A stretch of DNA of 64,000 bases, from positions 60,016,001 through 60,080,000 of the forward strand of contig OZ024743.1 of NCBI GenBank assembly GCA_964016885.1, written 5' to 3'. Shown here piece by piece: positions 1-11,466 of this stretch. The notes below the pieces were generated by a model that was not told where the DNA came from, did no database searches, and saw only the letters and a list, made by a program, of their open reading frames with translations. Within the stretch, counting starts at the first letter, position 1. Every line of letters begins with the position of its first letter. Position numbers and translations under genes: made by a program. The stretch is from Eledone cirrhosa. Lineage: Eukaryota.

Positions 1-641
1 TAAGACGTATACAAATATTTTCAGACTTTTAATATAAACAACTACAAAAAACAATCAATATTAAATAAATATATTTTACATAATAATTGTTATAGTTTAA
101 TTAATAAAAATTAAATATTACATACAAATAGTCTAACATAATAAAAAAATAAATTAACATAATGATAAAAAAATAATCTAACATAATAATGATAAAAATA
201 ATCTAACATAAAACGAACAATGATATGGACAAATATACAAGTAAATATGATTCAATATTATAAGCATGTTATAACGAACTGAAAAAAATAGTTAATATAA
301 ATTTAAAAAATCATATATAAATTAACAATATAACTTAGCAAAACGAGAAAAATATTTTGATTATAAACGACGAAATACAGAGGGAATATTTGAAACCGAA
401 ACGAAAAATAAACGTGCAAATAAAATGGCGGATGCTTTTGACCAACAATTTCTCTCGTTGGTTGATTAGCAATAAGACGAAGAAATTAGCCAATAAGACG
501 ATACATTACAAAACATATTTGGCAGAGTTCACCACGGCCAGCGATAAACCTTGAATATTTTATTCACAAGCTACGCATATATGTCTGACAGACATGCAGA
601 CTTAAAACATTCTGTTGTTAGTCACTGAGTGTCTAACAGAT
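1..641. repeat. Dispersed direct repeat of 20538-21160 (non-coding flank of a Helitron relic)
   Basis: Colinear match, e.g. aacaactacaaaaaacaatcaatattaaataaat and cttaaaacattctgttgttagtcactg occur at both loci. Confidence 0.85.
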
Positions 642-949
642 GTATTATGTATATATATATATATATATATATACTAGCTGAGCTACCCGGTGATACCCAG
701 GTATTTTAGGAAAGTTACAATATATTTGGCACACATTACAAAATACTTGACCATTCAAATATGATTGCTGAATTTTAATAGAAGTAGGAATTATAGCAGA
801 ATATTTATTGCTGTTTGGTCAAAGTAAATCATCTAGATGAAAATATTATTTTTTTCCAGTGGTGACTATTTGAATACCCCCCCCCCAAAAAAAAAAGACA
901 ACACTACAAAAAAAAATATCTTCATAGAAGATATTTTTTTTTTAAAATA

Positions 950-1110
950 ACTGTTTCTACTTTAGGCACCACAAGGCCAGTACATTACTGGTACTTTATT
1001 TTATCAACCCCGTAAGGATTGAAGGGCAAAGTTAACCTCGGCGGGATTTGAACTCAGATCATAAAGGGACGTAACTCTATGCTAGAAAGCATATACTGCC
1101 AATCAACCAC
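950..1110 (-). mobile_element. tRNA-derived SINE
   Basis: Minus strand B box gagttcaaatccc plus the conserved body gcc(c/t)ttca-tccttacgggg-ataaaataaagtaccag shared with many copies in the window. Confidence 0.8.
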
Positions 1111-1716
1111 CCTATGTTAATTCAAATAACAGCGGAAAATAGTATATTCAAATAATATATTTTTAAAATACCGGATTATTTTTTTTTTTAGGGGGGGGGG
1201 GTTGTCTGTTAAATACATACATATATACAACTTCTATAAAAGCATCTGTGATTTCTTCAGACATATGTAGAACATAAGCTTTGATGGTAACATATATCGT
1301 CTGCTAAAGAACCCCCCTCCCATAACACACACACATATATATGTGTAAATATATATATATGAACGCGGACACACGTTAGGTAAAGAATCTCTCCAATCAC
1401 CTTCCTTCTTTCCTGCCTCTTTACTTTTCTCTCTCTTCCATCTTTTCCCTTTTCTTCTTGTCTTTCTCTTCCCATCAGTTTCACTCCCTTTTTCTTTCTC
1501 ATCTCCTCTCTTTCTCTCTCTCATCCTCTACAGAATAACGAACAAAAAATAAATAAAAGATAAATAACATTGGGAGAGTTAAGAAGTGTGTAAAAATAAT
1601 AAATAAATAAAAGTTAATGAACGCGGGCGACTTTCCCTTTCTCTCTCCCATCCCATTTCTCTCTCTTTTTCTCTCTTACCTCCCCCTCTCTCTACAGAAT
1701 ATTGAACACAAAATAA

Positions 1717-1808
1717 TTGTTTCTACTTTTGGCACAAGGCCAGCAATTAACCAGTGCATTACTGGTACTTTATTTCATAGACCCCATGAGGATGAAAGGC
1801 AAAGTTAA
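1717..1808 (-). mobile_element. SINE, 5'-truncated
   Basis: ggcacaaggccagcaattaaccagtgcattactggtacttt...gatgaaaggcaaagttaac. Confidence 0.75.
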
Positions 1809-2485
1809 CAAAAAATAATGAAAAGATAAATAACGTTAAGGAAGCGGGAGAGTTAAAAAGTGTGTAAAAATAATAAATAAATAAAAGTTATTTCTCTCTC
1901 ACATCCCCTTACTCTCTCTCTCCCATCTCCCACCCTCCCTCTTTCTCTCTCATCCTTTACTCTCTTTCTTTCTCTCTCACATCCCCTAACTCTCTCTATC
2001 TCCCATCTCCCACTCTCTCACTCTCTTTCTCTCTCATCCCTTACTCTGTTTCTTTCTCTCTCACATTCTCTTACTCTCTCTCTCTTTCTCTCTCATCCCT
2101 TACTCTCGTTCTTTCTCTCTCTCTCCTATCCACTCCCTCTCTCTCTCACATCCACTCACTCTCTCTATTTCTCTCTCATATCTTACTCTCTCTCTCTTCC
2201 TCTTTCCCACCCCTCACTCTCTTATCTACAGACTGGAGAACATAAAAAAACAAAATGGGTGATCTCTTTTGATATTCATTAGAAAATAAGATAAATTGAA
2301 TTTAAATGAATTCCTTGCTTTGCAAAGTAAAACATTTTCGACCGTTACCTGTCCAAGTGTATAGTGAATATGTACATGTAATTTTGAGAAGTATGGTCCG
2401 GTAGTTTGCTATTTTTAGGCGGACACACAGAACCGTAAACTTGCATTTATATACATATATAGATATAGATAGATACATATGTATT

Positions 2486-2548
<63 letters not shown>

Positions 2549-2750
2549 GACCTAAAATACCACCCCACTCCTACTGACTAGCCTCAGTGTCACGTGATTG
2601 ATTCTTTAGAATCTGCCACTTGACCAGAGACAGTGAACTTGTTTCAGTGCTATGGAATTCAGTCCCCGCTAGCTGTTCCATCCACCGAATTATTATTTTT
2701 ATATGAGTTCCTAGTGTCCGCGCATTACCTGGGGACTTAGCTGAGAATAG

Positions 2751-2832
2751 ACTCCCTGATGACGTAATGAATTCTCGATAGTTACATTGCGTAACTATAT
2801 TTATCCCATTACAGAAACTAATTAGTTGGAGT
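2751..2832 (+). ncRNA. Type I hammerhead ribozyme in a solo pLTR-like insert (about 2545-3010) between two TA tracts
   Basis: actcc-CTGATGA-c-gtaatg...cattac-a-GAAAC-taatta-GTT-ggagt: stems I and II pair, palindromic stem III; extra hairpin atagttac/gtaactat in loop II. Confidence 0.75.
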
Positions 2833-3005
2833 GAAAATTTTAGTAAGTAAGTTAATTTTTAATTTGTAAAAATTTTCTTATTTTACGTCTTTCATATAAT
2901 TGTTCTGCATCCCCCTGCATAGAACCACCTAGGTACTATGACATTACTTATGTATTTGCTAGCATTAGTGTACATCTGTACGCATATGTTGGTAAATATA
3001 CTAAT

Positions 3006-3064
<59 letters not shown>

Positions 3065-5182
3065 ATGGATGCAGTAAAAATCGGTTAGACCATTACTCGC
3101 CAGAGTAGTCGATACTTGGAGTAGTAGAGTGGATAATATGAAGAATTTGGACCTCGACCCCTGAGATCCTGCCGTTTCGACAGCTATATCCAAACATAGA
3201 TCGGATCTAGCTCTTGAAATGGCAAGAGCTCACCCGCTGTGGTCCCGAATCCTTCATATATGATATGTGTGTTTGTATGTGTGTGTGTGTGTATGTGTGT
3301 GTGTGTGTGCGTGTGCATGTGTATGTGTGTGTGTGTGAGTGTGTATGTGTGTTTGGGTATCTATATATTAGGGCGCACCTGAGCCGCTAATTTCAAGCAG
3401 GTTTTATTGTAACTCAATTATATATTCCTCTATGTACATACATACTATTTTTATGTATAATAGTCGGCGTTCATATTGGATCAGGGGTCAATGAATTATG
3501 ATGTGTGGAGAATGAGTGGATACATTTGTTAAGGTCTTTAGGTTTTGAAGCTAGTAAACGAATTGTTGGTGAAGCTACATAGAGGCTCTCTTCTTCTGAC
3601 TCTGGTGACCTGAGGTTGACTGAAAGCCAAAATCAACTGGCTGCTTGAGAGCTGCGAGTGAAGGGGGTATGTAACTAATATAGTGGTTTGGTTTAATGAT
3701 TCATGTGTGATCATGAAAGCTGGTGACACGCCTTTTTTTCATGACGTAATTTGATTGGAAATAAGTTGCAGAATTGATACAGCAACGCATTGAATGGATC
3801 GTCATGTGAATTATTAACGTGTATTGGAATTTCAATGAAATATATTTTAGGTGAAGATCGTTATTGTAACCCTTTTCTCTGTTATGCATGGGTTTACTCA
3901 GCTTATTGTATAATCTCCAGGCTATTCTTGACACAGGGGATGTTTTATGGTAATATTCTAGATTTTATACTCTGAAATCTAGTGTCTTCGTAATGGCCAT
4001 AACGAATCAGCATTGCTTGTTCTTTGTATTACTGGATACAAGTTTATTCACCATGCAGAATATAAATGAAGCGTTAGTAATTCTGAAACAAAATTTCATA
4101 TTAATTTTGAAAACGTCAATGCCATTAAAAAAGATAAGCATATGAACCTGGATGAAAATTTATTTTTGAATCTACTTCTGTATATTGTTTTGTTTTTATA
4201 TTTGTGTTTGTGTTGAATTGCATTCTTAAAGATGGTAAATATATTATATAATTTTGATTTCATTGTTGGTAGTGTAGTTAGTTTATCGGCTAATATTGTG
4301 TTGTATGAATTTCTTATTCCCCCTGTTAAGAAAGGAAATCTTGTATATGTTCATAATCTGCATTGTTTGTTCATTTTAGCTGTATTTGTCATGCATTAGT
4401 AAATGTGAATAACTTTGAATGAACGAAGGATGGCTATCACTATTTCCTTTCTTAAACTAATGAAAAATATGAAAAACAATGTCAGGGGCGTGAGGGAATA
4501 CTATTTACAGTAAAAGATGAATTAATGGTATTTGAATGTATATAATTTGCATAGGATATTATGTGTTCCGAGGACATTGTTTCTTAAAAACGCAAAAAGC
4601 ATTAATGCATATTCTTTGATACGACTTATTTTGCACAATTGTTTGTTAACCATCTCTCATTGTAAATAAATGATAATGTAGGACCTCCATTGTTTGACAT
4701 GGGCCGAAGTGAAAGGACTTTTTTTGCAATGGATTGATTAAAATAAAATGAAATATATTGATGCAACATATGCAACAAATCATTCTGTCCAATCTATTTT
4801 TGGCTATGCAGTTGTTAGTAGGTTAGAATTTATCTCCTTCATCTTTGGGGATATGGGTAAAATGGCAAATACTGATCCGAAAATTGAAATTACAAATAGA
4901 AAAGAAGTATGCAATAACACACGAAAGAAGAAGAAATGAAATGCAAGTGAGTACATTACACAGAGGTAGCAAATAAAGAGTGACATTTACCTATTTGTAG
5001 TTCCTATTGGAAGCGCTTTTCATAATCAATTTTGTAGGCCCTTCTGTTAGGGTAATTTTGTTGTTTCCATGTAACAGTGTTTCTGTGTTTTTGAATGTTT
5101 GTGATTATTTATTCTTGCTTGGTTGATGTTTGTTATCGCCACTGCTTGCTTTGCTTGAAATGTATACTCCTTCTGAAATTAT

Positions 5183-5384
5183 TGGCACAAGGCCAACCAT
5201 TTTGGGGGGAGTGGCAAGTCGATTCAATCGAGCCCAGTACGTTACCGGTGCTTTATTTTATCGACTCCGTAAGGATGAAAGGCAAACAAACACCAGTGGG
5301 ATTTGAACTCAGAATGTAAATGGTCGTAACTATATGCCTCAAAGATTAATATCCGAGGCTCTAACGATACTGCCAATCCGGCGA
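5183..5384 (-). mobile_element. tRNA-derived SINE
   Basis: Same family core (gtaaggatgaaaggcaaa...ggatttgaactcaga...gatactgccaatcc). Confidence 0.8.
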
Positions 5385-5537
5385 CCTATTGAGTTTGGAT
5401 ATATTTTGAGAATTATGTATTCGCCTATTTCAACAGTTCAAAAATGTTGGTGAACCTTTTGTTATGTTTCAATGAAACATTGTTTTAAATGGATATCTTC
5501 TTATTGTGTCTACATGACAGTCAATTTCAGAGCTTGG

Positions 5538-5745
5538 CTAGATGTGGTTCCACCACAGCTGAACACATTGCTGTACGTCCTCATTAAACTCTGTTAAGTC
5601 CAATGCCTTGCAGGAGTGTTCCAGTAGGGCGCTTATCAGGAGGTGCTGCGTAGTCTGTGATTCGATGCCGCAGTCATACACAACGTCCCTGTCCTTTAAA
5701 TATCCCCATTTTGCAAGATTAACTTTTGCACATCCAACACCATGA
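5538..5745 (-). pseudogene. 3' end of a non-LTR retrotransposon ORF (degenerate C-terminal Zn knuckle)
   Basis: GVGCAKVNLAKWGYL...DCGIESQTTQHLL...DL...W matches the GxGRxKxNLxKWG...CxCGxxQTxxHLLxC C-terminus of LINE ORFs. Confidence 0.65.
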
Positions 5746-6409
5746 ATATTTGTGTGAGGCACTTGCTATTCTTTTATCGATTGTTGATTATAGATTTCGT
5801 AATATGATTAATTTCTATTAATAAGTATTATTTCCCTTTGTGATAGTTAAGAAATGTGTGTTTGTATCATGTTACTGTTATTGACTGTAAAGTAAGGTAT
5901 GGTAATGTATCAATGAAGATTTATTAAATTAAATGTAAGAATATTAGAAACCCTAACAGATTTAGAAGTGAACAATATTTACATAAATCAGAAGTTGCCT
6001 GGATATATCAGTATCACTGCTTAGATTATAGTTGTTCGTAAGTAATGTTATCTGGTCTTTATGGAAATTGGTAATTATCGGTTTACCGTTTAAAAGTGCC
6101 AATAAATGGATAAGAAGCGATTGAATTTGAAATGAATGAAAAGATAAACGAAATATATTTAACTGAATAATACATTTGTGAAGAAACTTTGTTATCCATT
6201 ATCCCTGAACTGAATTATAGATCATGTGTTATGATGTGCTATGACTTCATTCAGACTCTGGTGTACTGTTGACATCTTTGTAGGATTATGTAAATGCTCT
6301 ATCATCCATTCTTTATTTTAAGTATAATGTGGCTATATTACTATGAGGCAAATGCCTGGGAGAAACGATTCATTTTAGAAACCATTCTTATCCTCCGTGA
6401 ATTCTCTAA

Positions 6410-9400
6410 GATATAAAATATTTGCCTAGTTCCATACTAAAAAATCTAGTGTACAATATCTCACTCTGATTATCTATATTATCATCTAATGAAGAAATAT
6501 TCTATAAAAATGCATAAGCAACACATACCGTAGAAAACAACAACAAGTTAGTGCCAGCAATGAAACATCGAAAACCCTGGATCCTGCCATTACTCCCAAT
6601 ATCCACATTAACACGAATGACACAAATTCTCTAAAAATCACCAATCCTAACGATTCGAATATTTCTATAACTTACCTAATAATAGTACTATAAACCATAC
6701 GATAACACCTAACTCCACTACTCTTAAAAAAGCAGTTAATAATAACACCTTATATCTTAATTCTCACAATAAACCTAATGATATATTACCTATCTCATTG
6801 AACCTTCAACCTAACCAAACTACATCCTTACAATCCAAAAAACCAGAGAAACATATCCGAACAACTGTAGATAACAAGAATAATACCAAAATGCCAGGTC
6901 CTATCAATAATGCTCCATTAATAAAACTCCCAATATCCTCTATAAATCAAACAAAAAGCAATAAATAAAAAACTAATACAATTCAAAAATAATATTAAAC
7001 AATTAGTTCACTCCCATAATAACAATCACAATATTATAATTTCATCTGATTACAATATCTACCCTCAAACTTCTATACATACCCAATATAATAAGAGTAA
7101 ACCAATTAGAAACCATAAAAGAAATGTAACATGGTATAACGCTCCATTCCACTTGCAAACTATGGGCCAAATCCCTAAAAAGATTTTTACAATTCTCGAT
7201 AAGCATATCCCACCTAACCATAAATACCACCAAATCTTAAACAGAAATACAGTAAAATTTTATTACTCCACATCGAGCAATATACAAAAACAAATAAGTG
7301 CATATAACATCTATAAATGTAAAAATGCTCCATGTATACCACACACAATAGCACACCACGCACAAGATAACTATGGTAATACTACAACGCATAACCAGAA
7401 TATTACTACATATCCACCTGCTACATCTGCTGACTCACCTCACCAGCACAATACAGAAGCCTACAACCAACTACCATCTTCCTCGCCCTTAATAGGGACT
7501 AAGAATTACATACCCAATCTAAAAAATAACTTCCAAAACAACCATGATTCTATAAACGCTATATCAAGTATAATTTCACCAACTAACAACCCTTCGGGCC
7601 GTGACCACCCAACCGCAAAACCTTCTCTCCCAAATAAAAGTGTAAACACAAATACTAGCACTATTATTGGGAATATAGATAGCATATCTGAAACCTTATA
7701 TGCAAACGGTTGTAATTGTAGAATAAAAGATAATTGCCCCTTAAATGGAAATTGCTTAATTAATAATATAGCATTTAAATGGTGTAATCACCACTAAGGA
7801 TTCTAATCAATCCTATATTGGATCCACTTCTAATCCGTTTAAATCGAGATTTTATGCACACACCCACAGTTTCCGAAACACTAAATTAGCTAATACCACT
7901 TCTTTAGCAGAAGCAGTTAATAATTGTAAAAAGAGGAATATTAAATATAACCTAACTTGGAAGATTCTTAACAGAGCCATTTCATATCAGGGCAATAGAA
8001 GGGAGTGTGGACTGGATTCCCAAGAAATTTTTGAAATTACTAAATCGAAGGACACTCTATTAAATAAAAGACAATAATTAATTATAGTATGCAACCATAA
8101 AATTAGAAGGGCATTCAAATATTATAAATACAACTAAACAAATATAGAAAATGATATAGGAGAAAACATGTGTGAGTATGTGTGTGTGTGTGTGTGAATA
8201 TGTATATGTGTGTGTGTATATATATATTATGTGTATGAATAAGTGTATGCCTCTATATATAAATGCGGGTGTGTACATGTATATGTGTGTGCGTATATAG
8301 TATGAGTATGTATGTGTGCGTGTATATATATGTGTATGTATGGGTATGTATATACGTGTGTATATATATATATATATGTGTGTATATATATGCGTATGTA
8401 TATCTCTATCTATATCTATATATATATATATATATATTCTGCTATTAGAATCAATCCATGGATTAAATCCTATATCTCATCCCTATAACTGTTTTAAGTA
8501 ATTAACTATAATTTAGCACTATACATTACATTATTTTCAACAATCTAATAAATATGTTTAATTGATATCCATTTAGACCTCCTTTTTTTTAAAATCAGAT
8601 TATTAATGTGGATTCTTATTCGAAAATATAATTCCCTACAGGGAAAGCTTCATTCTAACCACTCTAACAAATACAATACTTACACAAACTTTAGTATTTT
8701 CTTACCTATATTTTATCTAAATTTACTTCAATTTGGTTTCATTTATATTCCTCTACTTATTATTATATATTTTTAGAACAAATTATTCCTCTCAACAAAG
8801 AAATAACAAACATTTTAAGATTGCTCTATACCATCCTACTAGATGTAACACACTAATCTCAGTACCCCTTTTCCTCCAACCATAATCTTCTTTGACCATC
8901 AACACTTTTATATACAATATGTCTAAATTCCTTTACACTAACAACTTTCATTTCTTTTCTTATAAGTCATTTGATACCTCAACCCCTGACGTCTTATTTA
9001 TTCATCTACTACTACCAACTTAAGGATCTATACTGCTCCTTCTTATTCTTACTATTGGTCAACCTCAACCTGGTTATAAAACGTTACTTATTCATATATA
9101 TGTTTTTTTTGTATTCTTCAATAAACAAAACACATTATTTCTGAGGACGTATGTATATTTTCTTACTATGATATTCTGTAATATATTTTACATAGATCAA
9201 TAAAAGAATGGACATACGGGGGACAACCACCAGAAACGATCGTAAAATAATGAGTTTTACTAAGAATTAAGCGTTTTTTGTTTAATTTCATTGTTTTAAT
9301 ATTTCTATTTTTGACTTTGTATCCAATGAGTTCTGTCGATGAAAATTTTGTATTTTAAACTTTACTTCACGATATCCTCTACATACGGATTGCATTGAGT

Positions 9401-9441
9401 TCTTCATACGGTTTAAACCGTACCATTAATTGGTGGATTTA

Positions 9442-9447
<6 letters not shown>
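6410..9447 (+). mobile_element. Penelope-like element A, 5'-truncated and degenerate: RT thumb, GIY-YIG endonuclease, 3' pLTR ending in (TA)n
   Basis: LPSSILKNLVYNISL..SSNEEIF; WYNAPF..HKYHQILNRNTVKFYYS; CNCRIKDNCPLNGNCL; YIGSTSNPFKSRFYAH; LTWKIL..LLNKRQ; hammerhead in the 3' region. Confidence 0.85.
9133..9252 (+). ncRNA. Type I hammerhead ribozyme in PLE A pLTR
   Basis: cattattt-CTGAGGA-cgtatgt...acatacg..cca-GAAAC-gatc-GTA-aaataatg; 8-bp stem I, palindromic stem III acgatcgt. Confidence 0.8.
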
Positions 9448-9480
<33 letters not shown>

Positions 9481-9600
9481 TTGTAATCTGAGTTTTTCAA
9501 ATATTAACAAAAAATGACGATTCGTTAGCAATAATGCAAAGAGGCCTCATTTTTAAAGCCATGTCAGTAGAATGAGCCCTTCAGCCATGCAGAGCGAAAC

Positions 9601-9671
<71 letters not shown>

Positions 9672-9868
9672 GATAAATCTACCAAGAGTTTACGGTAGTG
9701 TCCAATCCGTATGAAGAACTCAATGTAATCCGGATATCATGGAAAGAAGAGTTGCAATGAAAAATCACTTTCGGTGAAAGATAAACGGAATACAGAGTCA
9801 AGATAAAATATAAAAAAAATAATGAATAAAACAATGAAACAGTTCCTTATATTAAACAAAAAAAGTTC

Positions 9869-10016
9869 ATTACTTAACGATCGTTTCTGGGATATATATG
9901 TGTTAGAATTGGCATGTATATTTAACAGATCTATGTACAAAATTATACAAAATTATACAAACTATCAAAATTAAATATACATACCAACTCATATATATGC
10001 CGTCTTCAGAAATAAT
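9869..10016 (-). ncRNA. Type I hammerhead ribozyme (mirror copy)
   Basis: Reverse complement of 10017-10164. Confidence 0.7.
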
Positions 10017-10164
10017 ATTATTTCTGAAGACGGCATATATATGAGTTGGTATGTATATTTAATTTTGATAGTTTGTATAATTTTGTATAATTTTGTACAT
10101 AGATCTGTTAAATATACATGCCAATTCTAACACATATATATCCCAGAAACGATCGTTAAGTAAT
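10017..10164 (+). ncRNA. Type I hammerhead ribozyme
   Basis: attattt-CTGAAGA-cggcatatatatg...catatatatccca-GAAAC-gatc-GTT-aagtaat. Confidence 0.7.
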
Positions 10165-10221
10165 GAACTTTTTTTGTTTAATATAAGGAACTGTTTCATT
10201 GTTTTATTCATTATTTTTTTA

Positions 10222-10254
<33 letters not shown>

Positions 10255-11083
10255 CTAAGGCGGGTAAAATTCCCGAGATCCATGGACGAGTTCTTCTCAG
10301 CGGTCTCTGTCCTTCATTATCGCTGCCATATCCTGCATCTCCAACAGACCAGTGTCTGTCCTTAGGGCATCAACATATGTTAACCTTGGTCTTCCTCTTC
10401 TAGTGTGTCCATGTAGGGGCTCCCAAAGGAGCACTGAGTGCAATGTCAACTCTGGATGTCGGTAAGCATGTCCAGCCAACCTCAGTCTCCTCTGTGTCAC
10501 TTTTGAGCTGACTTTTGGGATGCTCCCATACAGCTCTGAGTTTTTCATCCTCAGTGTATACTGATTAATGTTCAGAGCCATCCTCAGCATTCTCGTGTAG
10601 CACCCATCCACCATCTGAGTGAGTTTCTTGGTCAGTGTCCAAGTCTCAGACCCATACAGCAGCACAGACTCCACTACAGCAATGAAGAGGCGGATTTTCA
10701 GGTGTCTACGAAGGTCCGACTTCCACACCGATCTCAAGCTGTGGCACGCCGCCCAGGCCTTGCTCTTCCTCTCAACCACATCATCTTCCGTATTCCCAAT
10801 CTTTGCTCCCAAATACAGGAAGTCCTCAACCAATTCCAGCGGCTTACCGCCTACATTAGTCATCCCCTCTGACTTCTCAACATTCTCTACCAGATATTTT
10901 GTTTTAGTCTCAATCATTCTCAGCCCCACACTCATCGACACAGTCTCAACCTGCCGCATCAAATCCTCTGCCTCCTTCACTGTATTTGTCACCAAAACTA
11001 TGTCATCGGCAAATTCAGCATCCGATACCTTTTTCGCCCTAACTCTCCTGCTCTGAGCCGGTGCTACAGTAAAGCCAGAGTCC
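10255..11083 (-). mobile_element. RTE-clade LINE, 3' part (RT C-half and C-terminus), ending in (TA)n
   Basis: DSGFTVAPAQSRRVRAKKVSDAEFADDIVLV...FLYLG...VLLYGSETWTLT...RRLRLAGH...RGRPRLTY; continues the + strand ORF at DSGFTV. Confidence 0.95.
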
Positions 11084-11291
11084 CGGTAAGGTATTGTCAG
11101 CCATTGAAAAGAAATATGGAGAGTCGATCTAACAACACTAGGGTTAGAGCCCCTAATTACACTGTCAAGGAGCAGTCTGGTCGTTATGACTCTGCTGGCT
11201 TAGAGCCACAGAGAGGGCCAGTGGATGATGGATCAGCTGTCTCTGAGACAAATATAAAGAATGCAGTTTTGTCCTGCAGAAGAGCCATCAA
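11083..11291 (+). repeat. 209-bp duplicate of the RTE ORF start (11473-11681) at the inversion junction
   Basis: ccggtaaggtattgtcagcc...agagccatcaa repeated 390 bp downstream, 3 substitutions seen. Confidence 0.95.
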
Positions 11292-11466
11292 TACCCTGGG
11301 TATGACATTAAACTACATCCAGTGGCAAGGCTCCAGTTCGGGAGTTCAGGAGATGTGGGGAATGTGGAGTTACTCCTTAGTTGTCATGACTCCCAGGTCT
11401 GCCCTGGCCCGGGATGGTAGTACCTGTTAGTGCTCCGTTTATGGGTTAAATAACTACCTTATTCGA
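11292..11466 (+). mobile_element. Probable RTE 5' UTR
   Basis: Directly precedes the APE-RT ORF; resembles a common octopus interspersed repeat as I recall it (ctgggtatgac..aaact..atc..gtg..aggctccagt..ggggaatgtggagt). Confidence 0.55.

Larger units (their letters stand above)
672..2466 (-). mobile_element. Non-autonomous Helitron-like element with internal CT-rich minisatellite and SINE inserts
   Basis: Minus strand ends in hairpin acctgg-gtatca-ccgggt, then agctcag, then CTAG|T at 672; other end reads a|TCtatatat on the minus strand near 2466; both ends lie in TA tracts. Confidence 0.55.
9668..10229. mobile_element. Head-to-head PLE pLTR pair forming a spacerless palindrome (arms about 213 bp, centre 10016/10017), TA tracts on both sides
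   Basis: cagaaataat|attatttctg; mirror ORFs 9737-9940(-) and 10093-(+) share the same N-terminus; homologous to pLTRs at 9.1-9.45 kb and 37.5-37.8 kb. Confidence 0.85.

Noticed and set aside
3500-6300. Possible very old LINE on the minus strand (similar hints at 42170-43720, 44390-44820 and 60380-60700)
   Set aside because: Motif traces too weak to support by eye; needs a profile HMM search
8075-8077. Selenocysteine as the explanation for the conserved PLE stop
   Set aside because: The codon is TAA, not TGA, and aligns to Glu rather than Cys
10297-10299. TGA near the RTE C-terminus as programmed recoding
   Set aside because: Single copy; a simple TGG-to-TGA mutation of the DRxxW Trp explains it
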